From the human T2T-CHM13v2.0 reference genome, Homo sapiens, in NCBI RefSeq assembly GCF_009914755.1, contig NC_060930.1: a stretch of 64,000 bases of DNA; one strand, 5' to 3'. The first letter of the stretch is position 1, and each line of letters starts with the position of its first letter. The position numbers and the translations under genes are program-made. This document shows positions 1 to 14,960 of this stretch, one piece after another. A model generated the notes under the pieces. That model had not been told where the DNA came from and did no database searches. It worked only from the letters and a program-made list of their open reading frames with translations.

Positions 1-290
1 ATTATCGACTTCTTTCCTCTGTACCTACTCCGAAGTTACCACTCTTTTTCTAGAAATTTCTGCATAATCCCCCTTAACATGCACTTAACTAAAAGCAGGT
101 ATATTACTGCAGAACTGCCCCTGAGCTGCTACTCTGGGCACATTACTTATGGGTTAGCCCTGCTCAGCAAGGAGCAGTACCTGTTCTGCTGTTGTACACT
201 GCTGCTTCAGTAAAAGTTGCTAACACCACCACTTCACCCTTGAATTCTTCCCGGGCTAAGCCCTAATTTTTGGCTTGCTTGCCCTGCATC
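1..290 (+). mobile_element. 3' part of an ERV1 (MER41/MER4-group) LTR
   Basis: Ends CCCTTGAATTC...GGGCTAAGCCC...GCCCTGCATCA. Confidence 0.55.
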
Positions 291-291
291 A

Positions 292-403
292 GTTGGAGTC
301 ATATAGTATGCAGTCTTTTCAGGTTGGCTTTTTAGTAACATACATTTAAGTTTCCTTCATGTGTTTTCATGGCTTGATCGTTTCTTTTCTTTTTCTTTTT
401 CTT

Positions 404-448
<45 letters not shown>

Positions 449-1285
449 AGACAGAGGAGTCTTGCTCTGTTGCCCAGGCTGAAGTGCAGTGGCACTGGCT
501 CACTGCAACCTCCATCTCCCAGGTTCAAACGATTCTCATATCTCAGCCTCCCGAGTAGCTGGGATTACAGGCTCACGCCACTATGCCCGGCTAATTGGGG
601 TTTTCCCATGTTGACCAGGCTGGTCTCAAACTCCTGGCCTCAAGCAATCCACCCACTTCGGCCTCCCAAAGTGAATGCATTTCTTTTTAACTCTAAATAA
701 CATTCCATTATTCAGAAGTACCACAGTTATCCACTTACCTACTGAAAGACATCTTGTTTCCAAGTTTTGGATAAATTATGAATAAAGCTGCTATAAACAT
801 CTATGTGCAGGTTTTTGTGTGGAGATAAGTTTTCAATTCCTTTGGATAAATACTAAGGAGTGTGATTGGTGAATCTTATGGTAAAAGTATGGTTACTTTT
901 GTAAGAAACCACCAAACTGTCTTCCAAAGTGATTGCACATTTTGCATTCTCACCAGTAATGAACAAGTTACTATTGCTACATATCTTTGCAACCTTTGGT
1001 GCTGACAGTGTTCTAAATTTTGGTCATTCTACTAGGTATGCAGTGGTATCTACTTGTTTTAATTTGCAGTTCCCTAATGACATGATGTCAAGCATCTTTT
1101 CATATGCATACTTGCATCTGTGTATCTTCTTTGGTGAACAGATGTTCAGGTCATTGGCCTGCTTTAAATCAGGTTATTTTCTTACTGTTGAGTTTTAAGT
1201 ATTCTTTGTATATTCTAAAAATATTGTTCTTCATCAGATCTGTCTTTTGCAAACATTACCTGCCAATGTGTGGCTTTTCTTCAAC
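292..1285 (-). mobile_element. Old L1 (L1MB-like) 3' fragment interrupted by an Alu
   Basis: ATGAATAAAGCTGCTATAAACAT, CCAAACTGTCTTCCAAAGTG and TTTGCATTCTCACCAG are L1 3'-end motifs. Confidence 0.7.
420..672 (-). mobile_element. Alu (S-like)
   Basis: Poly-T tail plus Alu body. Confidence 0.9.
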
Positions 1286-1444
1286 ACTTCTTTGTAAATT
1301 TGCAAGTCCTTTGAGAAAAGAAATGCACCCAAAGTATTAATTTGGCAATCTCATATCACGAGAGTACTCTAAAGCTAAATAAATTACAGTTTTTCAAATT
1401 TTGAATTAATTGATCTTTGCTATTGTTAGCAAGGTCTTGTATTC

Positions 1445-1589
1445 TTTTTTTTTTTTTTTTTTTTTTTTTAATAGAGACGGGTCTTGCTACAGTGCCCAGG
1501 CTGGTCTCGAACTCCAGGCCTAAAATGATCCTCCTGCCTTGGCCTTCCAAAGTACTGGGATTACAGGCATAAGTCACCACGCTCAGCCA
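1445..1589 (-). mobile_element. Alu monomer (FLAM-like)
   Basis: Poly-T plus left-arm sequence. Confidence 0.85.
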
Positions 1590-2261
1590 TCTGGTATTCT
1601 TTAGCAACTGTTTGGTAACTTAATCTTTCACTTTTTGAAAACAAAAAATAGTTTTTTTCTCATAGTTTTCTAACAAAATCTTCATAACTGAAATAATTTC
1701 TCTTTATCACCTCTTCTTATAAATATGGTTTTCTTTTTTTAAATAAAAATTTAAGACATTTTATAACTGGCCAAATTTACTAGCTTAGATACTATTAGAT
1801 AGTCAATATTTTTTGTTGGATATTTGATTTTTATTTCAGGCAACTAATATCTATTCATTTTTGCACTGTTGGAAGAAAATTACTGATCAAATTCACTATG
1901 TATTTGCAGAAAATGGCTTTCAATATTGTCTACTTTATCATCCTTTTTTTTTTTTTCTTTCTTCCTTTTTAGATACAGGGTCTCACTATGTTGCCCAGGC
2001 TGGTCTCCAACTTCTGGGCTCAAACAATCCTCCCTCCTTGGCCTTCCAAAGGGTTGGATATGTTTTATCTACAATTTTGTTGTTTTGTTCTGCTACAGGA
2101 TATTTGCAATTGCCATTTATCATGAAATTCATGACATACCTTCTTCCACTCTCCTTTTTATCTTTATTGTTCTGGTTATACGACTAGCTTTGCATCTCTA
2201 CTCAATTCTGTATCAGTAGTATGCTTTCATTTTAAATTTTAAGTTTGTCCATATGTATATT

Positions 2262-2563
<302 letters not shown>

Positions 2564-3138
2564 TAATTTATAATAATAAATATTAACAATTAGATTTAAT
2601 TACTGATAAATATTAAATGTTAAATAGGTTTTATTAAATAATTAAATAAAAATGAAAATAATCAGTATTTCAATTTAATTACTAATTATAATTCACAGTT
2701 ATCCTTGTAACTCCTAATGTCTATATAAAAGATTTTTATATTTTTTAATTCTTAAAATTTTATTATTTATTTCACACCAGGCCATCACTGTGATACATTT
2801 TTTAAAACACATTAAATTATCACCAGAAAAGTGCTGTGATGGAAAATATAAATTGAAATACCTTTTCTGGTTAGGAGAGTAATTCTGTTTTTCTGATAGA
2901 GAATAGAAGAGTCCTTCAGGCCCCTCCAAACTGTCATATTCCGGGCATCGGGTGTCCCCATCCTCACTTCAGTCCACAGGCAGGGTCCTCAGTCTTCAGC
3001 GCTCCTTCTCTTTCCCCTTTGTCTTGTGTCTCCTTGGGTCTCTTTTCTCCAAGACCTAAACTCCCTGAGGACAGGACTATTTTTTACATCTTGATGTCAC
3101 TCCTGAGCACTTGCTTTAATGTGTTGGACACTGGGTCC

Positions 3139-3144
3139 ATTAAA
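3139..3144 (+). terminator. Candidate poly(A) signal ATTAAA, possibly the distal 3' end of upstream TRIM38
   Basis: ATTAAA followed about 30 nt later by U/GU-rich sequence. TRIM38 lying just upstream of H1-1 is recalled knowledge; its CDS is not in this window. Confidence 0.3.
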
Positions 3145-3799
3145 GATTGTATGTGAAATTATAAAAGAAACGTTTTCACCTTTCTGTGGTACAGCTATAA
3201 TTTCTGGTTTCATTTACCAACTGGGTGAAAGTGGACCAGTGACACCATTTGTCTGGGCCTTCCTTTCCTGAAATATAATATTGGGGCAATAGTCCCTGGT
3301 TCTTGTAAGGTGTTCAGGCACAAAACGCTAGGCATGTAACATACTAAATGAGGTTTTCCCAGTTAATTTATATGATTGCAAAGGACGTTCATATACACGG
3401 TCTGCTAAAGAATTCTGGGGCCAATTAATCTCTGTGGCATGATGGGTAAGTCGATCCCTTCTCTGGGCGTCTATTACTTCAGAAAAGGCATGAACTCAAT
3501 TTTAGGGACCACACAAAAAAATTTATTCACTATCGTGTAGGACTTGGTCATTAGAGAGCTTTTGTTTCTTTTTTTTAAAATTTTTTTTAATTTTTATTTT
3601 CGTGTATGTGAATTTAATGGAGAGCTTTTAAATAACCAGATATTTAAATAACCAGATAATACAGATGCCCGGCCTGCTCCAGACAAATTAGAAAAGTATG
3701 TAGGTGAGGAGGGACCAGCCAGAAGGCGGTATCTTTCAGCTCTGGAGTGACACTGAACGTACTTCTCTTCCAGGGATGTCACGAGGTGTCAATTTCTCT

Positions 3800-5000
3800 G
3801 GCCTTACCCAGGTCCATGCCCGCCCCCAGGGGCCCCAAGAATGACTTCAGCACCCCACCCCCACCTCCCTCTCCAGATGTGGGTCCTGGGAGCGTTCAAG
3901 GCCCGTCAGTCACTCGAGCCACCCCTTGGCGGCTGGACCAAATCTTGGGCTGCCGCCTGGATCTGCAGCTGGAAAGCGCCGTGACCACCTGTGTCCCCAG
4001 CTGGAGCAGGGCGGGCTGCGCGACTCGCGAGGACGCCCTGAACCGCGGCTTCCTCTTTCATAGCCGCAGGACTCGTGGTCAGAAGGCCGACTCCAAGCCT
4101 CAGCGGATCCACGAAATGGCCTCTTTGAGGCTGTGGTGAAATTTAAGATACCCTTTCCCTGCCATTGTTACTGACGTACTTCAGCAAACAGGTTAAAGTT
4201 CTGAAAGGACGTGGTCACGACTTTATATTTCTTACAGATTTGTGTCTCATGTTTTGTGCGTAAAAACCATTCGTCCTCATTTGAGATTCTCATATCCGTA
4301 ATTCAGTTATACATAAAACTGAATTCAGTTATATCATAAAATGTTCCCATGCGGGGAATGATTCGTTGGGGTCTCAGCCTGAGGCCAGACGCAGCAGAGA
4401 GATCGGGAGTTGGGGGATGGCGGGCGGGGAGCGGAGAGGAGGCCGCCCGCCGCCAGACTCAGGGTCCAGCAGAGCAGCAAATGCTCCCCGGCTCCCAGCC
4501 AGGGCGCAGCTGCTGGCCTGGGGCCGCCCCTCACGCCGCAGGAGCCCCGCCCGCAGCGCCGGCCCTGCCCCTGGCCTGTGAGGGCGCCAGCGCCCCCTAC
4601 AGCTTGCAGTCGCCCTGCGCGCCTCCCCGCGAGGCTTGTTTTCTAGCGCCTCTGGTGGGCCGCCTCCCGCAGGCCTGGTGTGAGCCTGGGGTCCGTTCTC
4701 ACAGCTGGATCTGGGGTCTGAATGCCGCGCCCTCTGGAGAGCCACAGATGGGTCTCCGCTGATGCTTCTCTCAATTTCCTCTAAGAGCGAGAGCTCCGGG
4801 AAAGGAGCCGATCCTGGTGGAAGAGTACAGGTCTGAGTCCACTGGACGAAAAACGAGGTGCGTTAAGAGACCGCGGGAGTGGGGAAATGGGGAAGTGAGG
4901 GTGGGGACTGGGCAATGGGGGCGGGACGAGAGGTCTGGGGCTGGCGGGGACAGGGCTTAAGAGAGAGCCACCCCTCCTAGCCTTGAAGCTGTACCGAGCT
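3800..5000. promoter_or_regulatory. CpG island, probable lncRNA promoter with CTCF-like motifs
   Basis: Abrupt GC/CpG-rich non-repeat segment in AT-rich flanks; GC boxes; donor-like GAG|GTGCGT at 4857/4858 followed by G-runs. Confidence 0.8.
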
Positions 5001-5335
5001 TCCCTGTGATATTTTAAAATGCAAAAGTACAAAAATTGAAGTAATGGAACTATGCGTACGCACCTCCTAGATTTTTAAAGGTTAACGTGTGACTGTGTTT
5101 ACTTCAGATGTTCCTGAAATAAATGAAAATGACCAGTTAAAATGAAGGAAGAACGCGCTTGCGTCCCTCCTAGAGGTCAAACACTCTTCTGAGGATAGGT
5201 TGTATGCTCTCAGCGCCTCTTTTTATTAAAAGTATTAAGAAGTACTTTTCCAAATATTAGATGTAGTGTATCATATCATTTAAACGATTTTTTTTGTTTA
5301 AAATAGTCTTTTAAAAATAATCTTTTTATTTTTAG

Positions 5336-5624
<289 letters not shown>

Positions 5625-7008
5625 ACTTTAATCATTTTTGTTTTTGCATCTAGTCTAAGAAATTCTGCACTAAAATTCTGCACTATTTTCTTCTAAAATT
5701 TTAAAACATTTTCTATCTGTGTCTTTGTTAGATGTAGAAACTTTTGTGTATGATATGGGGTATAGCTATAATTTTATTTTTATTCCATATGAAAGCCAGT
5801 TTCTCAGCTCAGGTAATTGAATAGACCATCCTTTCTCCACCAACTCTTAAGGCTACTTCTGCTCTATTGTGTTCATAGTAGTTTCTAGGCTTTCTGTTTT
5901 GTTGTACTGATTTCTTCACCTATTTTTGCATCAAGGCTCTCCTCTTGGGGAAATAAAACAATCCTGCCAACCAAAGACCCCTCTGGATCCTCAAACACGC
6001 CATCAGCATGGAAGGCCGCTATGGCATAGCGAGAGATAAATAGGATTCAGGCAGTGCTGTCCTTACATCGCAATCATTCAGGTAGTTAGCAGGAGCATCA
6101 ATCAGTACAGATATCCAGAGCTGATGGTCTTATTTGTATGAATGCCCAGTGCATATGGGATTGGAGGGGAGGGCTTGGAGTGGGATGAGGGGCTAGTGGG
6201 ATCCAGAAAGGGGCTAGTCTTCAGGTCTTCCCTGGAGAGTATGTAATCTCTTATAACTAAGTGTTGATTTTTGTTTTGTTTGTACCTTCTTTAGATATTG
6301 AAGTATTCGCTAAGGCTTAACATGTAATATATTTAAATCTTCATATGAATACGTTTATCTGATAGATTTTGGTGAGACATAAACTATGAAACAAACAGAA
6401 AGATGGAACATGAGAAAGGGTCAAGGGTGGCCTTGGTTAGGGATGGCAGCTTTTACAACTATGAGCTAAGATAAAATTTAGAAGGTTTTCTTTTTATTTT
6501 AATTAATCATACCACTATTTTTCTCCTTTAATTTCCATATATAATGAGTTGATTGTAGTATTTTTATTGTGCTTAACTATTTTAAGATAATAGTTGTCTC
6601 TCCTCATTTTAGCAAATAATATATTTAATGAAAAATCAACTTTATTGAGGAATAATTTATACACAGTAAAATACACCTGTATTAATTATACAATTTGATG
6701 CGTTTTATATACCCAAACAGTTACTACTGTAATCAAGTTACAGAACACTTCCGTCAACCTAGATAGTTTCCATTTGTAGTATCACCTGTGCCGCCTCTTC
6801 CATCCTCTTGGCCCCAGGCAGCCACTGATGTACTTTCCATAATTACAGCTTAGTTTTCCCATTCCTAAAATTTCATATGAATGGAATTTATATCATATGT
6901 ATTTTTTATTTTCCTTCACATTTTTGAGATTCATCCATTTTGTGTATATATCAGTAGTTTATTCCCTTTTATTGCTTTATAATATTCCAAGATATAGATA
7001 TATTGCAA

Positions 7009-7299
<291 letters not shown>

Positions 7300-8622
7300 G
7301 ATATATTACAATTTATTTACCCATTCACCTGTTGATGGACACGTGGGTTGTTTCCAGTTTATAGCATTGTGAAACAAAGCCAGTATGAACATTTGTACAT
7401 GTCATAGTATGGACATGTGTTCATTTATCTGGGAGAAATGACCCAGAAATATTGCTGGGCTGTATAAGTGTTTAATTTTATGTTAGAAACAGCCAAACTT
7501 TTTTCAAAGTAGTTGTAACATTGTCCTCTTACATTCACAATATATGAGAGTAGTTTCCTCCACACCCTTGCTCACCCTGGGGATTGTCAGTCCTTTTAAC
7601 ATTAGCTATTCTGTTGAATGTGAAGTATCTCATTGTGGTTTTGACTTGCATTTCCCTAGTAACTAATGATGTTTAAAATCTTTTCATGTGCATACTGGCC
7701 ATTTGTATGTTTTCTTTTGTGAAATGTCTGTTGAAAACTTTTACTCTTTGTTTTGGCTTGTCATCTTACTAAGTTATAAGGTTCCTTATATTTTCCAGGT
7801 GCGAGTCCTTTGTCAGATACATGTATTATAAATATTTTCTCTCAGCCTGTGATTTTTCTTTTTCTTTTCTATTTATTTATTTATTTATTTATTTTTTAGG
7901 AAGAGTCTCACTTTGTCACCCAGGCTGGAGTGCAGTGGCACCATCTTGGCTCACTGCAACCTGTAGCTCCCGGGTTCCAGTGATTCTCATGCCTCAGCCT
8001 CCTGCTTTTCATTTTATAATGTTTTTTGAAAAGCAAATTTTCACTTTTGATGAAATTTATCATTTTGTTATTTATGTTTTATAAACTATAAACCTGTTGT
8101 TTTGTTTTAAAGAAATCTTTGCTAATCCTAGGGTGTTGATGATTTTCTCCTATTTTTTAAAGAAGTTTTATAATTTTAGCTTTTACATTTAAGTCTATGG
8201 TCTATTTTGAGTTAATTTTTGCATAAAGTTTGAGGTAAGGCTCCTGCTCCTCTCCCCCACACCGGATGTCTACTTGTTCAAGAAACATTTACTGAAAAGA
8301 CGATTTTTTTACTTATTAAATAGCCTTGACACCTTTGTCAAAACCAGTTGTCCATAGATGTGTGAATCTATTTCTGGGTTCTCTATTTTGTTTCACTGAT
8401 CTTTGTGTCTAACCTTATACCAATTCATTCTGAAATACTTTCCAGATTACTATAGCATTTTAATAAAATTTTGATTGAATAGTTTAAGCCCTCGGACTTT
8501 TTTCCTTTTAAGTATATCAACTTGGAGAGGATTGATTCATATTTGTGTTTCATTTTTTCATTTTTCAAAATTATGTTTCAAATTGACATAATAATTATAT
8601 GTATATATGGGGTGCATAGTGA

Positions 8623-8950
<328 letters not shown>

Positions 8951-9729
8951 ATAGTGTTATTTTTATACATACTGTGTATAGTGATCAGATCAGGGTAATT
9001 AATTAGAATATCCATTATTTCAAGCATTTCTCATTTCTTTGTGTTGGAAACATTCAATGTCCTCTTTTCTAGCTCTTTGAAATTATTTATTACTGTTAAC
9101 TATTGCCATTCTGTAGTACAAATAGAACACTAGAACTGATTGCTCTTATCTAGCTGTAACTTATTTTAATGAATCTCTCTTTATCATCTCTTTCCCCTAC
9201 CATTCCCAGCCTCTAGTAATCTCTGTTGTACTTTTTACTTCAATGAGATAAACTTATTTACTTAGTTAGCTAGCTTCTGCATATAAGTGAGAACATGTGG
9301 TGTTTAACTTTCTGTTTCTGGCTTATTTCACTTAATGTAGTATCCTGCAATTCCATCCATGTTGCTACAAATGACAGGATTTCATCCTGTCATGAACAAA
9401 CAAAAATTTGCCAAAACAAAAATTACCTTAGTTATCACATTTCTTTTATTGACATAATTCATAATCATCAGAATCATCTGACTTGTACATCATTGTATCA
9501 GTTGGTTTTATGCTCAAGATGTTGTATTGGTTCATTATTGTCTTAATATCCCAACCAACCCAATCTAGACATAAATGCTGGCCCCTGTGACATGGCAGGA
9601 AAGGGAGACAGGCCTGGGCCAAGCATAGTGATAGCAATGCACCTGTGTTTGAAGCTGTTAAATATTTGCTACAGTCGTATTCCTAGACTCAAAATTAGAT
9701 TCTTGTTAAGTCCTACTTGTCAGTGTCTA

Positions 9730-9952
9730 TGGCTGTGTGAGTTCTGGTTAGTAGAAGGTGGGCAAAAGTGATGTGTATTCTTCCATAACTGGTCCATAAC
9801 CACCTACCACTCACAATACTCCATGCCTTTTTTTCTCTTCAGGCTCCTTGGATTAGAGACCATCCTGAGGACATCCTTGGGAGCCATGTGCTGAAGATGG
9901 CCAAGCCACAGGATGAAAGGAGCTGCATCTTTGAGTCACCACTGGAGAAAGG
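9730..9952 (+). mobile_element. MLT1J-like MaLR fragment
   Basis: GAAGATGGCCAAGCCACAGGATGAAAGGAGC...TCACCAC motif. Confidence 0.45.
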
Positions 9953-10633
9953 TCTCTCTAAATGGATTTGCAGAGACGTCTTCTCGAATACTCCCCTTCT
10001 AAGTTCCACTTGTAATCCACTTCTTCTATTCTCCCAGCAATCAATGTGGTTTGGGGAAATTCCAGAATCTCATAATACCTTGGTCATGGGTAAATAAGGA
10101 AAGGACCTTTACATACATGTGATGCAAAGCAGATCAAAACAAGCAGAGCAGCCTAAGAGCAGCAAGACCCCAAAGGATAAGGGAAGTCCTGCAGAAGAGC
10201 AGAGCGGTGCTGCAAAGGCAGGCAGGTAAGGTAAGCAGACAGGGCCATCAGGATGGATCCTTTGGGCATGCCAGCATCCACCAGGGACTGGTAGAGCTAT
10301 TTAGAGAAACTGATAAAAAGCTCTGCCAACTACAGTCACAAAAGATGGAGCTCAGAATGATGAGTAGATGCCTAAAACATCTCCATTTTGTTGATGAAGA
10401 AAGTAAAGTTTATAGAGCTTAGATTATTTGCTTTTGTACCTAGCACAGTACTTAGTTTATAGTAGATGCACAATAAGTATTTGTTTAATGAGTGAATGAG
10501 TCACTAGCCTAAGACCTTTAATATAACATGCTTAAACCTGCTACCAGGGATTGGGAACTCACCTATTTAGTAGTGAGTAGAGGGGTGTGGTACTGGTACT
10601 TAAGACAGATGCATTGTGGTTGGGTATGGTGTG

Positions 10634-10941
10634 TTTTTGTTTTTGTTTTGAGACAGGTTCTCCCTCTGTTGCCCAGGCTGAGATGCAGTGGCATTATCAT
10701 GGCTCACTGCAGCCTTAACCTCCCGGGGCTCAAGCGATCCTCCCACCTCAGCCTCTGAGTAGCTGGGACCACAGGTACGCATCACCGTGCCTGGCTAATT
10801 TTGTTTTTTGTTTGTTTGTTTTGTAGGGACGGGATTTTGCCATGTTGCCCAGGTTGGTCTCGAACTCCTGGGCTCAAGCTACACCCGCCCGCCTCGGCCT
10901 CCCAAAGTTGTAGGATTAAGGTGTGAGCCACTGTGTCCAGC
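10634..10941 (-). mobile_element. AluJ
   Basis: Alu dimer. Confidence 0.88.
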
Positions 10942-11170
10942 AGATATAATGTTTTTAAAAGTTTGAGAGTTAATATGCTCTCTGGTGTGCCCTAGGTCCC
11001 ACTACTCCTATTGCCTTAAAACTCACGCAGTACACATTTGTCTTCCATGGGCTTCAGTTGTAAGAGAACCCTTTCTACTCTTTGCTGTTCACAAGTCTCC
11101 TTTTAAACAGAGCTTGTTCCCAATGCTGTTTTGTTTTGCCCTCTGCCATGTTCTTCCGGCCATCACCTCC

Positions 11171-12137
11171 TGTGGGGAAAAGAGAGAGAGATCACATTGT
11201 TACTGTGTCTGTGTAGAAAGAAGTAGACATAGGAGACTCCATTTTGTTCTGTACTAAGAAAAATTCTTCTGCCTTGAGATGCTGTTAATCTAACCCTAGC
11301 CCCAACCCTGTGCTCCCTGAGACATATGCTGTGTCAACTCAGGGTTAAATGGATTAAGGGCTGTGCAAGATGTGCTTTGTTAAAGAAATGCTTGAAGGCA
11401 GCATGCTCGTTAAGAGTCATCTCCACTCCCTAATCTCAAGTACTCAGGGACACAAAACACTGAGGAAGGCCACAGGGACCTCTGCCTAGGAAAGCCAGGT
11501 ATTGTCCAAGGTTTCTCCCCATGTGATAGTCTGAAATGTGGCCTCGTGGGAAGGGAAAGACCTGACCGTCCCCCAGCCCGACACCCGTAAAGGGTCTGTG
11601 CTGAGGAGGATTAGTAAAAGAGGAAGGAACGCCTCTTTGCAGTTGAGACAAGAGGAAGGCATCTGTCTCCTGCTCGTCCCTGGGCAATGGAATGTCTCAG
11701 TGTAAAACCCGATTGTATATTCCATCTACTGAGATAGGGGAAAACTGCCTTAGGGCTGGAGGTGGGACATGCTGGCAGCAATACTGCTCTTCAAGTCATT
11801 GAGATGTTTATGTGTATGCATATCTAAAGCACAGCACTTAATTCTTTACCTTGTTTATGATGCAGAGACCTTTGTTCACGTGTTTACCTGCTGACCTTCT
11901 CTCCACTATTATCCTTTGACCCTGCCACATCCCCCTCTCCGAGAAACACCCAATAATGATCAATAAATACTAAGGGAACTCAGAGGCCGGTGGGATCCTC
12001 CGTATGCTGAACACCGGTCCCCTGGACCCCTTTTTTTCTTTCTCTATACTTTGTCTCTGTGTCTCTTTCTTTTCCAAGTCTCTCATTCCACCTAACGAGA
12101 AACACCCACAGGTGTGGAGGGGCAGCCCAACCCTTCA
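11171..12137 (+). mobile_element. Solo HERV-K(HML-2) LTR5, LTR5B-like
   Basis: TGTGGGGAAAAG...CCCTTCA, 967 bp; AATAAA at 11962; 6-bp TSD ACCTCC/ACCTAC. Confidence 0.93.
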
Positions 12138-13023
12138 ACCTACCTATCTTATCTCTTCCATTATCTATCCACATATGTCCTCTGTATTTTTTTGAGTAAC
12201 ATTTATAAGCATAAGTCCTTAGGTAGCTATGCCACTTACATAATGAACTAGAAAAGGTAACCAAACAGAATAGGGTTGTACTCAGATATACCTTCTACAA
12301 GTTTGTGTTACACATATTTACACATATTTAAAAATATATACATATTATTATTGTGCTGTGTGGTTATTAGGCAAACTCAATAAGCAGTTCTTATAAAGTA
12401 TACTCAATGTAACTTTTATAAACTTACCATATTTTATAGTTATTCTGTTTTTATTAGCTGCTATAAACTACCTGGGTGTCTTGCATGAGTCATTTTATTG
12501 TAATGTTTTTGTATCTGTTGAATGAGGAGTTAGAAGGCATCATCTTTAAGGAGCTTTACAGGTACATGTCCAGGGCTCAATAATTTTATTATTATTGCCT
12601 GGACAGATAAAACCTAAGCAGGTGAAGGGGAAAGAATAAAAGTGCAGGGTGGAAGTTGCTTGAATGCTAACTGGGTCAACGATCTCCCAGAAAACCCCTG
12701 TAAAAGAAACCTAAGAACCTACATCACCAGGAGACCATTGGGACCAGTTCCTCTGGAATCCCTGAGGCCAGATAATCAGCTGAAGCTTTACATTCTGTCC
12801 CTTTCTGGTCATGACTTTCTCCACAGTCTGCTTGGTGCCTCCTCCTCTGTGACTCTAAATTCTTAGGATCAACCCCTCTTGCATATGCACATCCGCAGTG
12901 CCTGTGGGATACGGTGTGGTGTGGGGAGGAAACTCTCTTCTGCCTTAATATTTTCCTGTGTGCCCCAGGCCTTGACGGAATCCTGTCTCTCCATAATGTT
13001 GCTTTTCGAGGAGACTGATTGAT

Positions 13024-13303
13024 TGAGATGGCGTCTCACTTTGTCGCCCAGGCTGGAATGCAGTGGCGTGATCTCGGCTCACCAACCTCCACCTCCAAGG
13101 CTCGAGTGATTCTCCCACTTAAGTCTCTTGAGTAGCTGGGACTACAGGTGCATGCCACCACGCCTGACAAATTTTTTTATTTTTTGTAGAGATGAGGTTT
13201 CGCCATGTTGACCAGGCTGGTCTCAAACTCCTGGACTCAAGTGATCTGCCCACCTCGGCCTCCCAAAGTACTGGGATTACAGGCATGAGCCAATGTGCCC
13301 GTC
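13024..13303 (-). mobile_element. Alu (J/S)
   Basis: Alu dimer. Confidence 0.88.
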
Positions 13304-13807
13304 CTGAGGAGTTTTCTTCTGGAATTCCTGCTGGGTTTTTGTAGTCAGTCCTCTCCCCATTTCCCACATTGGCTCTTGCAGACCTTCCTTTTCCCCATTT
13401 CTATTTGCTACCATGTCAGACATGACTTTTGCCATAGGATCTCTATTCTACTATAGAGGAAACCAAAGCCATCAGTAGAAATTTCACTAACATGGAATCA
13501 GATTTATAGAAGAAAGGGGGAGGAAAGTTTTGCCTTAACACCTGGAAGGGTTTCGTTTCTTTTAGTAGCTGGGAGACAGAAACATAAGAAAGTAGCTTAA
13601 TAAGCTTTCTGCTGTTCAACTGATGATGTGTGAGCTGTCAGTAGTTCAAACTAGTCATTATCTTTATGAATTAATTATGTAATAACTTAAACAATGTCAT
13701 AAACCTTCAAATCAGTTTAAGTCTAAATGTGTCATATTTAATAACAAGAGCAAGAAACATACGTTATGATGAAGAGCTCTTATATTTTCTTTGGATAAAA
13801 GTCAGTA

Positions 13808-14151
<344 letters not shown>

Positions 14152-14629
14152 TTAATATTTAGTCTACAAATCTAGCCACCATAGAAATCTGCTGATTAAA
14201 TACGGGTTCTGTTAAAATGGAAACATGCATTTTGGGGGAAAAAAGAGGGAGTGTTTTAGTGATTTTGTTTTTTACACTTGTTTATAATAAAATTTTAAGC
14301 AATCTTGAGGGGAACATTTTATTTCTACTTGTAACTGCATAAAGTTATGAGATAAAGTTACAAGCTATATCACATACAGTTTGTAGCTTTATAAATTATG
14401 AAATTCTAACAGAATAAATATGCTAATATGATGAAAATGTCATAAATTACATTAGAATATATTTTAATAAACCAATTCAGAAGGAGCCAATACCCAATTT
14501 CAAAATCATATTAATTGTAAAATTAATTAGGGCAGCCAAAATATTCTGGAATTCTTTCTAATAAAACAAATGAGTGTAAATACAGTCGTACTGACAAATC
14601 TGAAGAATTATGCAGCATAAAAAGTGATT

Positions 14630-14960
<331 letters not shown>

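Noticed and set aside
3747-5032. 100-137 aa ORFs in the CpG island
   Set aside because: Pro/Ala/Gly/Arg-rich on both strands because GC-rich DNA has few stops; no recognisable domain.
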